Below, piece after piece: positions 1 through 14,300 of a stretch of 64,000 nucleotides of DNA. Each line of letters starts with the position of its first letter. Position 1 is the stretch's first letter. Made by a program: the position numbers and the translations under genes. Below the pieces are notes generated by a model, which saw only the letters and a list, made by a program, of their open reading frames with translations, had not been told where the DNA came from and ran no database searches. The DNA is from Phoronis australis. Its lineage: Eukaryota; Animalia; Phoronida. Where the stretch lies: contig NMRA01000127.1 of assembly GCA_002633005.1 (NCBI GenBank), forward strand, positions 701,946 to 765,945, read 5' to 3'.

Positions 1-279
1 ACCCATGCCCAATTTATATTTAATTAAAGGAGCCTATGTTTTTGTGAATGGTCATTTTTTTAGATCCAAAAAGTACACAAGTTGCTTACCTCTGCGTAAC
101 GATCAGTCAATTTCAGTGGAACCTTGGCTTATTTGAGCGGGAAAATACCTGCACTCTTGTGCTCTTTACTGAAGGAGATGTGAATTCTTTTTTTTACGTG
201 CATTCAAATATTATTGCTCTCTTGTGCAAAAAACGTTGAAAGTACTGACATAAGCAGTGCGTGGCCAAGCTAGCTCCTG

Positions 280-430
280 TCACCAGGTGGCGAGACCGTC
301 TTGTTCATGAGTTGGGTCACCTAGAGCTGCCAAAGAACATGCCATGGAAATGGATGATATTTCGTGAGTCTGCCAGAAAATCGTTGACGTAGAGAAAATT
401 TTGCAGAAAGGAAAGTAGACGAAGTTATCA
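280..430. repeat. Dispersed repeat, inverted copy at about 15880-16022
   Basis: TCACCAGGTGGCGAGACCGTCT at 280 versus AGACGGTCTCGCCACCTGGTGA at about 16000; similarity continues for about 150 bp. Confidence 0.7.
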
Positions 431-723
431 AAAACAGAAATGGCATTGTTTTTGATTCGCACAGATATTACTGTCTGAAGAAACCACATGTGGTTACATA
501 TAAAGATAATCTGACTTGGATAATATACTGCAGGTTTATGAAGTAAATGGGTATTTGCAATGCTTGCAACCGGGTGAAAAGCTATGCCATGCCACTGAAC
601 TACTGTCATGCCCTTCTGGAGAGTAAACCCTGCATTATCTACAATTCATCAATGTTTATTTTTGACCAGCCTTCCTGCTGTAAAAATCGCCAGGTGTTAG
701 GTCACATTTCCAAAATGTCATAG

Positions 724-1113
724 AGCCTGTTAACGGTGTGTTTACCAGTGGAGCGTTGATGCTGTGGTGCATTACGAATGGTCAACTTCTGTACCATCAA
801 AGTTATCTCCAGGGGCCGCTGTTATCATCAATAGTTAAAGGGCGGTGTCGTCGCTAGTAATTTCACCAATCGTATTAGAAATAAGCTTTATATGAATCAG
901 CACATGTAGGTGTTCCCAAATTGTCACATTAAAAAATCTTAGCGTACAAGCAATGCATCAGCACTAACCTTGCGATTACTTCGATGACAACAGCGCCACC
1001 TATAGTTTAGTTCAATGTCCGTTAATTAACCGAAGCAGGTGTAAACGGTTTAGTCAACTTTGTAATTAACGTGGACGCTCCACTCAGACTGGAGTTGAGT
1101 CAGCGTGCAAGGT
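724..1113. mobile_element. Partial MITE family H2 copy (same orientation as 27068)
   Basis: Shares AATTGTCACATT.AAAAATCTTAGCGT, CCTTGCGAT.ACTTCGATGAC and GCTCC.CTCAGAC..GAGTTG with 27390-27560. Confidence 0.7.
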
Positions 1114-1117
1114 ATAG

Positions 1118-1336
1118 CATGGGCGGCGCACTACAGGAGTCTGGGGAGCTATAACTCCCCACTTTTTTCAGTGCTGCTTCACTGATGTATAGGCACATCT
1201 TAAACATTGAGATAGTAGAGGTGACTCCATTTTAGGGCTCCCATTCTCCAGAGGAAACTGTTCTTGATGACCACTGTACTACCATTATGTGCATGTGATA
1301 TTGTTGAGCCCCCCAAAAAAAACAACTGTAGTGCAA
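1118..1336. mobile_element. Small MITE remnant
   Basis: GCACTACAG near the left end and CTGTAGTGC near the right end, with GGGGAGCT / AGCCCCCC subterminal tracts. Confidence 0.45.
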
Positions 1337-2426
1337 GATTTACAGCTTTTTGTCTGATTCCATGTTGTCAACATGGTTGTTCTGTGTCTGGGCTGATTGG
1401 GACAGCCAGATTTGATTACTATCTAGTCTTTATTGGACTAATAAAACAGGTCCTGTGTTGACAGGCTGAAGTGGTGCCCTGTGGTTAAAATAGTTTGAAT
1501 ACCTTGGGATGTCCATTTGTCATCCTGTCTTATCTTTGTATATTCCGTTAGAAAATATTTTGATGTATTTTTACAACATGTTCAACTTCTACCATCTGGG
1601 CAATTGTTTCTTTATTTTTGGTTGCTGATGGATAATTTTAAATTTTGGATTTTTTTATCAGATGTGGATGGGATTCAGTGATAAGGATGGGACTTTCTTC
1701 AAATTTGAGCAAACTACACTGTCAATATTGTTATTTCCAAAATGTCCATAATTTTCGACTACGTATAATAACGTCAACAATTTATAACTGGCATGAGATG
1801 CAACAAAATCATCCTGGTTTGTGGAAATTTTGTCAGTGACAAATTTCAGTTCAGTTGTTAAAAATTTACTGGCAGTACCACTGTTGCAGGAATGTGTTTC
1901 AACAATTTCCAAAATCTTGATTATTTGCTCGACATACTTTAATAGGGAGTTGGTTAGCACTGACTAATTGCATTTTTTTGCAATAATTTTTTTTAATTTC
2001 ACAATATTTATCCACATTTTTGCTCACATTAATCTGAAAAATCTAGTTCCTTAATGAGGTTGCGGTCAACTTGACCATTTATGATATCATACATAAACCT
2101 ATTTATCATATCATAGTTAAGCCTAATGGTTTAATAGCTGTCCCTGGGGATCTCTAGTGACAGTAGCTTCATGATGAGAAAACCTATTCTTGATAAACAA
2201 TTGTAGTTTCTAAAATAACCACCAACAATTGGCTAGCTGACCAAGGCACTATAATTGTTTATAACACACGTGGGGTTTAGAGTCATCATAGGTGAAAGAT
2301 TGACTTTTTCGAAAAGTGTATCAATACTTCGCTAAATTGACTCGCAATGTGAATTAGTGGATTGGGTTACTTCTGATACTTATCAGTGTGTTGAGACTAT
2401 GGTTTTTCATTTTCATAAACATAGAA

Positions 2427-3036
2427 CAGTGCTCAATGCTCAGCTAAAGGCCAAGTTGCATTTGGCTACCTGGTAAAAATCCCAGGTCGCCAAACGAAAT
2501 CTGAGGTTGCCGAAACTGAAAATCTGAGGCGTCCAAATTAATTCCGAGGTTTCCTATCCTATCTGGCGCATGAAAGTTTGTTGATTTGTTAACGAACAGC
2601 CATAATACCACCCACTTATCCAACTTCCCAAGTAAATGACTAGTGTATAGACATATTATTTAATGGTGAACGAACATAGAATATGGACAACGTAATGAAA
2701 CTGGTGATGCAAATTTCGCTGATTTTTCCTGATTTTTACCGAACAATTCCAACTTCTGTCTGTTTACATCCTGTCGTAAATAAAAGGGTGGTGGCGAGTG
2801 CTGTTTTCACGAAATCAACAGAACAGTTGTGAATCAAACATATTAAATCTAGGAAAACTGTTAGTAATTTAAAGTTTGGAAGTCAACATGAACTTTGAAA
2901 CGAATTTAGAGAGAATTATTGTCTGACTTTGGTTCTCGTAGTGGGAACTCCGTGGCAATTCGGAATTTTTCCCAGGACACCAAACAAAATTTGAGGTCCC
3001 ATTCAGGCGACCAGCAAGTCGGTAAAGTGAGCGCTA
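2427..3036. mobile_element. Non-autonomous TIR element with CAGWGCTC termini (hAT-like), family B
   Basis: CAGTGCTC...GAGCGCTA termini; diverged reverse-complement copy at 16463-17039 (for example AACAATTCCAACTTCTGTCTGTTTAC versus GTAAACAGACGGAAGTTGGAATTGTT). Confidence 0.65.
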
Positions 3037-4249
3037 AAGAATCAAACACAAAATAATATTTTGGAACTTATTGAATTCTCTACTACTATTTCAAAGTGAT
3101 AAATAACAAAAATGCCTTATGAGGCTGAATTACGCTTCAGCTCCATTTCACCACTAATTTTCTACATGTCGTTATTGTTTTTTTTTTAAAACCAGAAAAA
3201 GAACAGCGCCACCTTCAGAAAGAATGAACAACTGGTTTAACACGTCTGCTGCAAAATAATTGATAGATTTGTGGCCAGAATATATCGAACTTGATGGATT
3301 ATTTTCTCAACTTAAAACAAAAAACAAAAAATACTAGAATTACAGCATCTGCTTCTGAAACATGCAACTCTATTCGAAATCTCTTAATTCTGTGAAAGCA
3401 GTCAGGTTCGGTGTGTTCCATCTCATCGGATTTCCGTTATCAAAACTTATCAAAATTGTTTTCCACAACAGAAAATTAAAACTTGATGAAAACTACAAAA
3501 TTCTTGAACACTATCCTACGATAAATCTTGGAATAAATACTCTGAACTGGTGCCATAAGTCCAAAATGTCATAACTTATTGAAGATATAAGTAGTAAATT
3601 TCCCAGAAGTTCAGACTCGGTGCATAGGTTTTCAAACTTGATGCTATTAATTAAGTTAAACTTGAGTCGCAATTTAAACTCGAACAGTGGCGAGTCAAAA
3701 CAAGTACTGAAAACACTGTAAATTTTGCTGAATTACTTCAGCACCTGCTCTTTGATATTTATATTCACTGTTTTGTTCAAATAAATAGCAAATGTTAAAT
3801 CCCTCATTTACCATCATAAAATCCCCAGATCCACATGCATTACATAAATTGCATTGTTGAACAACCTCTCTGTCTGATGACACCTAAAAGTAATGAAACA
3901 AAGTGGAGAACATGAATAATAACCTTCAAAGTATCACAATATTTGTGCTTAAAATGTCAATTGCTGTGTTAAACTGACATTATCGACCAGAAAAGTGTCT
4001 TTTTAGATTGTCTACAACTAGGAATTGAACTCACAACTTGAGCGGTTGGAGTCTAATGCTTCACTGGCGTAGGTAAACCCACTCTTTAAATGAAGTTTCA
4101 TCAAAGCGAGTAGCTGAATAATCTCCATCGAAGTGAGCCCAGACCCAGCGGAATTATATAGAGGAAACGCTTGAGGGTCAACTCATGTAAACTAAAGTAT
4201 AAACTTATTATAATGTCTGATAATGATGTACAGCTGAATGGTGAATGAA

Positions 4250-4590
4250 ATCAGTATAAGGTCGCCTAGAGTCCGTCTACGAACGTGTCTGGACTGTGAA
4301 TCTCTCTTTCACAGAAACTGCAATTCACCGGAAACCGAGTTAAACAATGCAACTGTACCGCACTTGAAAAATCCGAATTACGTAATAAGATTAGTTTCAA
4401 CATTCTACAAAAATTCTAAATGGGTCCAGAGTTTGTAAGTTTATATTTGTTTTACATGTTTAAGTCTCAATGTTTTCGATAAAAAATAATTGCCAAAGTT
4501 GATCTTTTTTCATTTTTCAAAGGGTTTCTTACATTGCTATGAACACCCACAATTTCTCAAAATATTGTTTAATGGATACTATGGTAAAGG
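4250..4590. repeat. Dispersed repeat, direct copy at about 28350-28700
   Basis: Shared blocks TAGAGTCCGTCT, TGAAAAATCCGAATTA, CATTCTACAAAAAT and AAAAATAATTGCCA.AGTTGATCTTTTT. Confidence 0.7.
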
Positions 4591-5061
4591 ACTCTTTTAT
4601 TTAGTGTTATAGTCAAGTCACCATCAACGATTCCTGTTTTTAATGTTCTGTCACTTATAACGTTCCATTCCAAAAGTCCCATTGTTCTTTATTTCAAAGT
4701 ACCTTTCTACACTTTGTTTTTACCGAACACAAACAAAAACGTTCAGTCTGTTATAACGTACCAATTTCAATGTTCTATTGTATAACTTCATCAGCTTAAC
4801 AGCAAACCACCGCATGTGAGTCTAGAAATTGATCATCTGCAGACGTCTCGATTCCATATTTGTGCACACGGTGTGAGTGCATGCGCGCGATGTGCTGCGC
4901 GCTGCCGGGGCACGCGGTTGGACAGCTTTGCAAACAAAAAATGGTGAGTTAACGGTTCTTATGATCTTTATTTTATCTAAAATTTGAACCTTAGAATGAA
5001 CATTTTCAATAGGTCCTGGGAGTCATGTTGTAACCAGGTCCGACTGTAAAAGAAAGAAAAT

Positions 5062-5095
5062 AAAATTTCACTTGTCTGCCATATTGTGTCCTAAA
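5062..5095 (+). repeat. Core of an abundant dispersed repeat (AAAATTTCACTTGTC.GCCATATTGTG.CCTAAA)
   Basis: Recurs at about 8514, 9468, 11957 (minus), 23076 and 56360. Confidence 0.7.
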
Positions 5096-6567
5096 TTACT
5101 GAGATTTTACCATTAATAACATTCGTTGGGTATCGTTATTAAAGCAGTGTTTTTGGGTGAATGAAGCATTGCTATATGCACTGAGGTAAGGTTGAACTAT
5201 TAAACACAGTTGAACTAACTACGCTGCATGTTCTCTTAATTCAGAAACAGAAGTACATAAATAAAGGAATATTTATTCAACAGAGAGAATTTAGCACAAA
5301 CAACAATAAATATACTTGCCATGCTATAAATTCTTTGATTCTACCAGTTTTCTTGCACGCTCATCCATTTATTCATGTCCACAGTAGCTGTGGACCTGTC
5401 CATGTAATTGCGCCTTGACTGTGTGATTTGGGCCGATGTTTTAAGATGTTACAGGACAAGACAAAAATTTCTGTTGCCCTATCATGATGACATTCCATTT
5501 CCCACCAAAAATGATGGTTAATATCGACAAAACAGTGTGACTTAGTCAACTTATTAACTTTCTTGTAATTCCCCCCATTCTTGCTGTTGAGAGAACGGCT
5601 TTACCCTAGCCGACATGACTGGGAATTGCGGGTCATTTTGTCTGCTTAGTTTTGGCTTGTACTGCAATGCACTCCAGATAACAACTGATGTATTCAGTGA
5701 TGCATAACAGGGTATCTGCCCTCTGATAAAATAGTGCCAAGGGTCAAATCCATAAACCAATACTTGCACCCACGCACATTTTGCTACTGACCTAAAGAAT
5801 GCACTGTGTTTTTCACTTCACCTGGTTTTAAACCAGGTGTGATTATGGTTAGATCATAATGATGATTTCTGCTCTCATAGAAATCATCATCAGAGTGGAA
5901 CTGCCTGGCACTGGAGAGCTCTCAGGACTTAAGCATATGGTGGATTTAACGCCAGATCTATCTTGCTCTGTATGGTAAAATCTTACAAAGTTCGAACAAA
6001 AATAGTTGCCAAATTGCTCTCTTTTGATTTTCAAGGATTCTTGTGTTGTTGGTGGTTGCTATGATACAGACCTTGAACATGGAAAAATGTTACTTTCACA
6101 GAATAATTTGAGAAAATCAAATTGAACTTTTCGGCCATGTTTCCTAAACTGGTTAGATTTTTACCATACTATTTAAAGTTATGTAGGACTTATCGACAAG
6201 TCTGTGTAAGTTATATACAAAAGTATAGATTTTAACTCAGTGAAAGTATATATTTTTGAAATTAAAATTTGATTTTCGACTTTATGCCTATGTGCCTTTA
6301 ATTGGGTCACATGACCAAGCTATTGAAACTTTTGAAGTAGCCACGTGATCTTGTTTCGAGTCAGCTGCATGTCGAAATACTGCTTGCACATCCGCATCAA
6401 TCATCTCAAAATTCACCAGGTGGCGCCAATTAGCGAGGGTCCTTCCCGTAGAAATTTATGCAGATGAAGTAATCACATGGGAACCTTTTCACATGAACGA
6501 CCACCTCATGCTGATATCAATCTATTCATATGTTAAAACAGGAACCTTTTCATATTAACGTCACCTA

Positions 6568-6990
6568 AGTGCCGTCTACACTTACAAAGTTGGCACGAAT
6601 CAGCTGACATGGAGCGAGTTGTTCCAGTGTGTAAACGGACTGACACGGAGCAAATTGACACCGTGGTGACAAATTTTTGCCACCCATATGTAAGGTAGAG
6701 CAATATGCGCCTGAACATCTTGCGCCGTGTCAATTATAAGTCTAAACGCGAAACTGGAGCAATGCGGAAAGGATCATCTCTACTGCGCTTGCTTAATGAC
6801 CTAGGTGTGGGTTCTTTGTCTCTGCAACTCTTGTCACTGGTAAACCTGCGCATGTGCGATCCAGTCTCTCGAGCCTGCAATTTCCGTCTTGCCACGGTTA
6901 GTGAGTTGTATGTGTAAACAGCTGCTTGACACGGGTCAGTTTGCTCTGTGTCAGTTGCGCCGGGCCAAAAGTTGAAGTCTAAGTGGGACT
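6568..6990. mobile_element. PIF/Harbinger-type MITE (family H1)
   Basis: Imperfect TIR AGTGCCGTCTACAC / GTCTAAGTGGGACT, flanks CTA/TTA. Reverse-complement copy at 42078-42473. Confidence 0.75.
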
Positions 6991-8203
6991 TTAGTGTGTA
7001 TGGAGTTCCTTACTATGACATTCCTTTGTGAGGGGCAAGGGTTCCCACTACCCAGTGTTTTCTTATCAAAGAACGTCTGTCTTGAAGTGCCTTCTGTTTT
7101 TGAAAATGTCATCTTAGAAACAGGAGGTGACACATTAGCCATCTTGCTCCAGTTTCAAATTAGCCATGTTAGCATAGTTACACCTTAACACAGAATAACA
7201 AATGCTGTGATACATGGTGCGATTCTTGTTGTCATTACAAATGACAGTAATAAGAAGAATTCTGAAGTTAGTTTCTGAGACAATTCATTTCAAATGTAAG
7301 TCCAGTCACCTGATCGATAACACATTATAGTAATTTTTATTAGTAAGTTCAAAGTGAAATATGCTTCGATGACAAACTCAGATAGTACTGATGAAACTCA
7401 CAAATGGGGTAGTGCATTCCTAGGAAAGCACTCCAAAATGTTCAAGTTATGACATCAAAGCAACTATTTTAGGTTGTACAGGACCTTAGTAAGAATGTCG
7501 AGATGTGGCTAACTTCGGAACATCATGTTTCCAAAATGGCTGCTTGGATTCAAATGAAACGTTCAGATACTAAGGTTGATTCAGTGTTCTCCAAAATGAT
7601 GTGATAAACTGTTTTTTTAAATTGGTCCACTCTTGCATGAGGAGCTATCAACAAATGGGAATATTATGGTTTTAATGAAAAAATGAAAAGTTGTGTAAGA
7701 TGAACATGAAATGATGAATTAGAAAACTTTCATCCTTTTTCATCTTGAACATTTGCTCATGTCATCGCTTTGCTGGGATTGTACTTTTCTTTTTTGCCAA
7801 TTTTTTTCTAAAAGACGTGGTCATGTGACCAACTAAAGGTATAAAGTTGAAAGTTATATTCTACAGATTTCTGCTGGAATTAAAATCTATAGCTTTGTAA
7901 ATATTTGACTCAGAATTTGCAGACTTGTGGATAAGATCCTAAATAATCTATATGATTGTGTGGGACCATAGAAAAATGTTGAGTTGGGGTTAACATTATA
8001 AGCTTTTGATCAAATTCATATAAGAATTTTAGATTCTATTTACCTATGGCCACTTTCAGAACTGGTACTTCTGCCGTTGGTATTTTTCTGGTATTCTCTT
8101 ATTTATTGTTGGACACGTATATACAAGGAATTGACTACGGTAACGTTGTACTCCTGAACAGGTAATCACGCGTGGTCAAATTCACATCCTTTGCAGTAGA
8201 ATA

Positions 8204-8311
8204 GCAAGTTTGTGTGAAACTCTATTGAATGCAAGTTTGTGTGAAACTATATTGAATGCAAGTTTGTGTGAAACTATATTGAATGCAAGTTTGTGTGAAA
8301 CTATATTGAAT
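8204..8311. repeat. Minisatellite, 27-bp unit x4
   Basis: GCAAGTTTGTGTGAAACTATATTGAAT x4, with one substitution in the first copy. Confidence 0.95.
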
Positions 8312-11302
8312 TCAAAAATTGTTAAGGATGATACCCTACGCGGCTTTGAGAATAGCAATACGGTAACATCTCATCAATTTTGGACAAAAATAACGACTAA
8401 AATTGATTTTTTTTCATTTCTTAAGAGCTTCTGAAGGTAGTAATGGCATAGACCTTTAAAATGGTTGCATTCATATGGTGCTGGTAAGCTTTGATTAATA
8501 AAAATGAAAGCATAAAATTTCACTTGTCAGCCATATTGTGTACTAAACTGGCAAGATTTTACCATACTAACTTGATTGTGAATTTGCATGTGGTTCAAGC
8601 AGTTGCCTGTCAAAGACACCTGTCATTTGCTTGGTACACTTGCAGGATTAGGGATTTACCTATTGGGGATAATGACATACCACTTGAAAAACCTGTTTAG
8701 TTTTCATGTCTGTTTCAGAAGATTATATATTTGAATGCCAAGTAATCCGGCTTAGGTGAACGTAACTAATTATAGATTGATTATAGTAATCCCTCGCTCT
8801 GACATTTTAATTTGAAACTGGCACTTATTTTAATACTAAAGTATGTGTTAATAAACGTTTTTTAATCTGGTAAAAACGTATTTCCCTGGATTACTCTATG
8901 TTGTTTGATAATTGTCATGCACTTTAAGCAAAAACTTACGAATGATACCGTATAATTTTCTTAGTTCTAAAATGTTGTAGAGGAGTTTAAGTGCTATTCC
9001 AAATGTCAGACACACTGTGTAGTCTGCTAATTTAAGATGGTTTACTCAGTATTTACCTGAATCATTTCGGTTAGCAGACAATGCAATTTAAATCCGCATT
9101 TCACTCTGTTTAGATGCAGCTGGCTCGAAAATGAAAACCGCATTGGATCTTTTACTCCTATAAAATCAGTCTGGTAATATTCTTTACTGTGACAGGACTC
9201 TACTTAGAAATCTTAACTAACAATAACACCAATGTCATTACTGGGTTGTACCCTAACTCCAGAAAACAGTTCAGACTTTATTGGGATACAAATTTTTGCC
9301 AAAAATGCTGCCTTTTCATTTTCAAGGGATTCTAACATTGTTAGTGCCCACAGTTCTTCATTTTTTGTGTAGTTTGGTACAATATTTAGACATGGAAAAT
9401 CATTTGTTTAGTTATTGAAAACCATCTAATTTGGTGTTGTATATGTTTCATGGAAAAATGATAAAATAAAATTTCACTTGTTGGCCATATTGCTTCCACA
9501 ATTAGGTAGATTTGAACGTAGTATAACTCATGAATCTACCTCTATATAAGGACGGAAGTTCTGTATTTTCAACAAAAACATGTTATTTCTTGTTAGTACC
9601 CTGGTTAATGATTGGCTTCTGCTTACGTCATGCATGTTTTGTTTGCACTTCTCCTCGTCTCCTCATCTTCCGGGGAAAACAGGAGTGGGCGTTGTTGGCT
9701 TTGGTGAAAGGAAGATGAGAAAAGCCCACATTTCCAAGTAGATGTTCTATTATTTGCTGTGCCTTGTTCTGGATTGAGACTTGGTTGTGAGCAAAAAAAT
9801 GGAAATGGCACTGGCAGGAGCGATTTGACCTTTTCGTTTAACCAGGGCGCTTGTTTCTTAAAATCCCTCTTTTCCCGTCACCACTAATTCCAGCCCTGGT
9901 GTGCAACCTTTGATGAAGCTTCAAGTAGCCAAAACTAATGTTTTACAGAAGTGATTCTAACTTTGAGCTGATTTTTTTAATTACCGGAGGGAAATGTTTG
10001 GGCTTACCACGGGAATTTCACACAATATTTCCCTAGGGGAATCAAGGCATCGAAGGCTCTGGTAAAGTTGCTGCTTTCCAACATCAAAAGTTTTATTTTG
10101 AAATGCCCGTGCTTGTCTAAATGCTCATTGCCTGATTTTTGAATTCCTTAATTAGGTGTCCTGAACATTAACAGGAAGAGAATGGTATTTTGAAATTTCC
10201 TAAGTGGTAAATTGAACATTTTGGTTGGCACTCAAATGAAGTTTGGATTCCTGTTGGCAGGTGTTTGCAAATTGCTGTATTGAGCCACCTATGCCACTTC
10301 TTATTTCATCGGCCAAGCTGTTTTTTATTGATACCCTGAGATGTTAGCACACGCCATTTTTGGATCTTACCTCACTTCTCAAATTGAGCCCATCTAAGCT
10401 TGATGATTTGCAGAATATGGTGTTTTTTATCTGGCAGTCTTACAGTTGGACAGGTCAGAGATATCAAGGGTTTGAATTGGTTTGAAAATCGCATTTGTAG
10501 GGATTTGATTAGAGCAGCGGTAATCCCCCAGTGACAACTATTCCCAAGTGGCAGCTTTCAAAGGTCAAAGTTACCAGTCCGCGATCTATGGTCTCAATAA
10601 CAGAAATTAGGGTTATGTCACGCGTCACGTGAAGGGCTTCGAATTGTCCCGTGAAATCAGAGGCCACTTTTGATCGTAAAAATAGTTCAAACACTTTGTA
10701 ATACAGTAATTCGTCACTAATTTTGTAATTTGCACACCCAAAATGAATAACTGGCTTTTGTTATTTGAAGCTCTGAAGGAAGGATCTGGCGTGTTGGGGC
10801 CCATGTTTAGTCATCGGGTTTGCGAAGATAGTGAAAGTTTAGTAATACCATGTATAGCTATCATCATTGGAATAAGTTTCCAATTAAACTTGTATTTTGC
10901 AATAATCACTTGAGGTGTGAACAATTTGCCATTGATTTTTCATCAAATTGCCGCTGAAGTTTCTAGTTATTTTATTAGTATTGCTGCTAGTGTTTTTCAT
11001 TTCCATTCCTGTCAAATTTGACATTCTTATCACAATTTGCAAGTGATAAGGCACTGTGTTTATCTGTAAGGGCTATGTATTGTAATACCATATTCGTCTG
11101 TGATAGTGCCCACTTGGGCGAAACACCCAACACTTAAATTTTCAATTTTTTTGTTTAAATTCCTGTATTTCATCATACGTCCATCTACTGCATGGTCAGG
11201 AGATTGTTTGCCGTTTAAAGTGCTCAAATAATGATTGCTTTGGCAAATGCTTCCTCTCGCCTGAGTTTTTCCAACTGAAGCTATTTGCTTTTCAGCCACG
11301 CA

Positions 11303-11366
11303 CAAAATTTGGTACACAGCTAATATAAATAGCCCAAAATTTGGTACACAGCTAATATAAATAGCC
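11303..11366. repeat. Tandem duplication, 32 bp x2
   Basis: CAAAATTTGGTACACAGCTAATATAAATAGCC twice, identical. Confidence 0.9.
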
Positions 11367-14300
11367 TGAAATTTCTGATGAGTGAGTGGGTGGTCGTATG
11401 GTGTTGGAAATATCCCTGAAACTGAATCCTAAGCTCCAGCCAGTTAGGTGATAAATCTGTTTTGTTTTCTTTCTCAGTTATGATTGCTAGCTTGTTGTAC
11501 AGTTACCAAGTTTTTGACAGGCCCCAGTGATTTACCTGGTGGCCTAAACAAACAAGCGTGACATTTACAAAGGGTACGCTGATTGGCAGGGACTTGTAAA
11601 CATAGTTATGTTGTGAAAACAGAGGGTGTTCATTACTGTGGAACCTTTTGAGAATCACTCAATGCTGCTCCAAAGAATTAATGTCAAGTTAAACATGGGG
11701 TATAATGTTCTGATGCAGTCATGTGAGCAAATTATGGCAAGTTTTCAGTTCATTCTCTTTCATGTTTCATTGACATTGTGAAGGATTGTTGTAAATCCTT
11801 TGCTGAAATAAACACTTCCCTCTGTGGCGTTCTCAATATTGACATGGTAGTTCTCTGACTGAGAAGACAACCAGGAAATCACGTGGAATCTATAAATCGG
11901 CCACACACGGTACAGCATGATTTATTGAAAACCATGTACGCCAAAATCTCACCGATTTAGGGCACAATATGGCTGACAAGTGAAATTTCATTTTCTTAAT
12001 TTTTCATGAAATATGAGAATTGCCAAATAAATGCTATATGATTTTGAAATACCAATACCCTAGCTACTATCAGACAATGATTCTGAGAAATCGTAGCCAT
12101 CGGCTGCAATGTTAAAAGATTTTGAAAATAAAAAAGAACAATTTTGACAATTATTTATATCCTAAACTGGTGAGAATTTATGTATTGGACGCAGACATGA
12201 GGTATGTATGCATCTACGGTGTTGGGATCAGGCTTTTGTTTACAGCGCAGATTCAGATTTGTCAGTTCATTTCGGTGTTCCAAACTATAGTGACTGTCCC
12301 AAACTGGAGTTTTTACTGCAGGTGTTCCAGTAGAGGAGAGTGCACGTGACATTAATTTTGAGAGGATTTCGGCCACTGTGGTGTCCCCTAGTGGCAATTT
12401 AGGTTTTCTTTGTGTATGCCTCTACATGGAGTCTGGCAAGGTACCTGATGGATGTTAACGAAATTTCCCTGGTAAGTTTTTATCAAGGGGAGAACAAAAC
12501 TTGCCTAGTTTCAGTTAGATTTTAATTACAAATGCTGTGTCCTCTAGTAGCCTTTTTATTTGATATATTCCGTGATACTAATAAACACCCCTAGAATCAT
12601 ACCGTTTGCGGTGATGTGGCGCATCATTGGTGCATTTCAAGGACTTGCGGCATTGTATTGTTTTTTGTTATCTTTTTGAGTTTAGGAAGTGGGGAGAGGC
12701 TGGGATTATGGCCATTGTTGGTGTCTGCATAGAGGTCACAAACCTTAATTCATTGAATTGTCCTATACCTTATGTGTAATAAAAGTTGTGGAATCGACCT
12801 TTTAATTGCTTGAGAACTATTGAAATGAGTCTTTGATGAATGGTATCTTTACCAGTGATGTGTAGATGTCCAAAATCTATGAACAGAATGGATTTACATA
12901 TTTGCTTGTCTGGCTAATTTTGTTCTTTTAACTCATTCCAGTGACTTTTAAACTATTAGTGACTTTTATTTGAATGTATTACCTATAATAAAGTGGATTT
13001 GACTACATTAGCTGTAATAAAATGTGTTCTATCATTAAGATTGATAGTCACTGTTTGCTCGTGAACTCTGTTAAGGAATTTTATTTTCAATGCGGTTGAG
13101 TGATTTGTAATTCATCTTGTAGTAAAATGGCACTAATTTTGGGCAAAAACAATATCTGAAATAACCCCTTTTCAATTTTCAAAAGGTTCCGACATTGTTG
13201 TGACTGTCTACAGTTGAACCCTGAAAATGTTAAAGCATTTGGTACCACTTGTCTTTTATGAAAATACGAGAAATTGAGATTTGACCAAATTATGTCATAT
13301 TTGGCAACATTTTACAAGTCCTGTAGATAATGAACATCAACCACGAGCACAATTTATTATTGGGTTTCATCTCATGGCTTTGCATTTTACCTCCCTGGAG
13401 TCACAGTCTACTGTGAAATCAATCCTGAAATATCCCAGTGTCAACCCTTATCAGCAAGACTTAGGAAAAAAGTCCCAGCTAAGACCAATTATAGCTCAGG
13501 CGAGATAACCTTGATCTAAATTAAGTACCCATAGTTTTTTTTTGCCAGTAACCCTGCTGTTTACTTCACTAGTAAATAATGCGAATCTTGCTGTCTATAA
13601 CCATCACGGCTCCAGTTTGTGGTGCCTCCTCATAGTCTGTTAGGTATTAGCTTCAATTTGAGATGTACATGGAATATGATGGACTTGTTGTATTGTGTCT
13701 GAGTTGGACTTGTAATGTGATATAGTTACTACATACTCCATTCCGTTTTTGAGGAATGATGATCTAGACTTTCCCAGTGTGTTATGTGTATGATGTGACC
13801 TATGAAAGGTGATAAAAACTGTCTGTTGTTGCAACCAACAAGACTGAGGTGAAATATTGCCGGTGTTATCTTACGTTTAGAACCCAAACTATTAGAGAAT
13901 ATCGTGGATTTTAAGCACACCTGGTGTCTGCAAAAGGTATTGCACATCATCTTTACCTTTGTCATTATAGGCCTGGGTAAGACAGTGTTTTCCATATTGT
14001 TTGCTCACATTGGTTATATTGTATTCAACTAACACCTGAAATCACATTGAAGCGTAACATCTTATTTGAGAGTGCTGTGATTGTGTTTTTGCACTCAGGT
14101 GGCAGCAGGGGACTTTCTGTGCTGTTAACATGACACTTTTGACATGGAACAAAAGATTTATGATGCATATACCATGTGTCACAGCGCCACCTATGTGGAA
14201 AAGTGGCCCTGAATAACGAGTAGAAATCAGTGTGTGAGGGAACCAATGCTCATGCTTTGGTTTGGGCATTTGTCTTCAACATATCAGATGGAAATGATAG

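Noticed and set aside
8204-8311. Possible CRISPR array or repeat protein (ORF 8210-8434)
   Set aside because: The 27-bp units are directly adjacent with no spacers, there are no cas genes, and the context is eukaryotic; it is a simple minisatellite.
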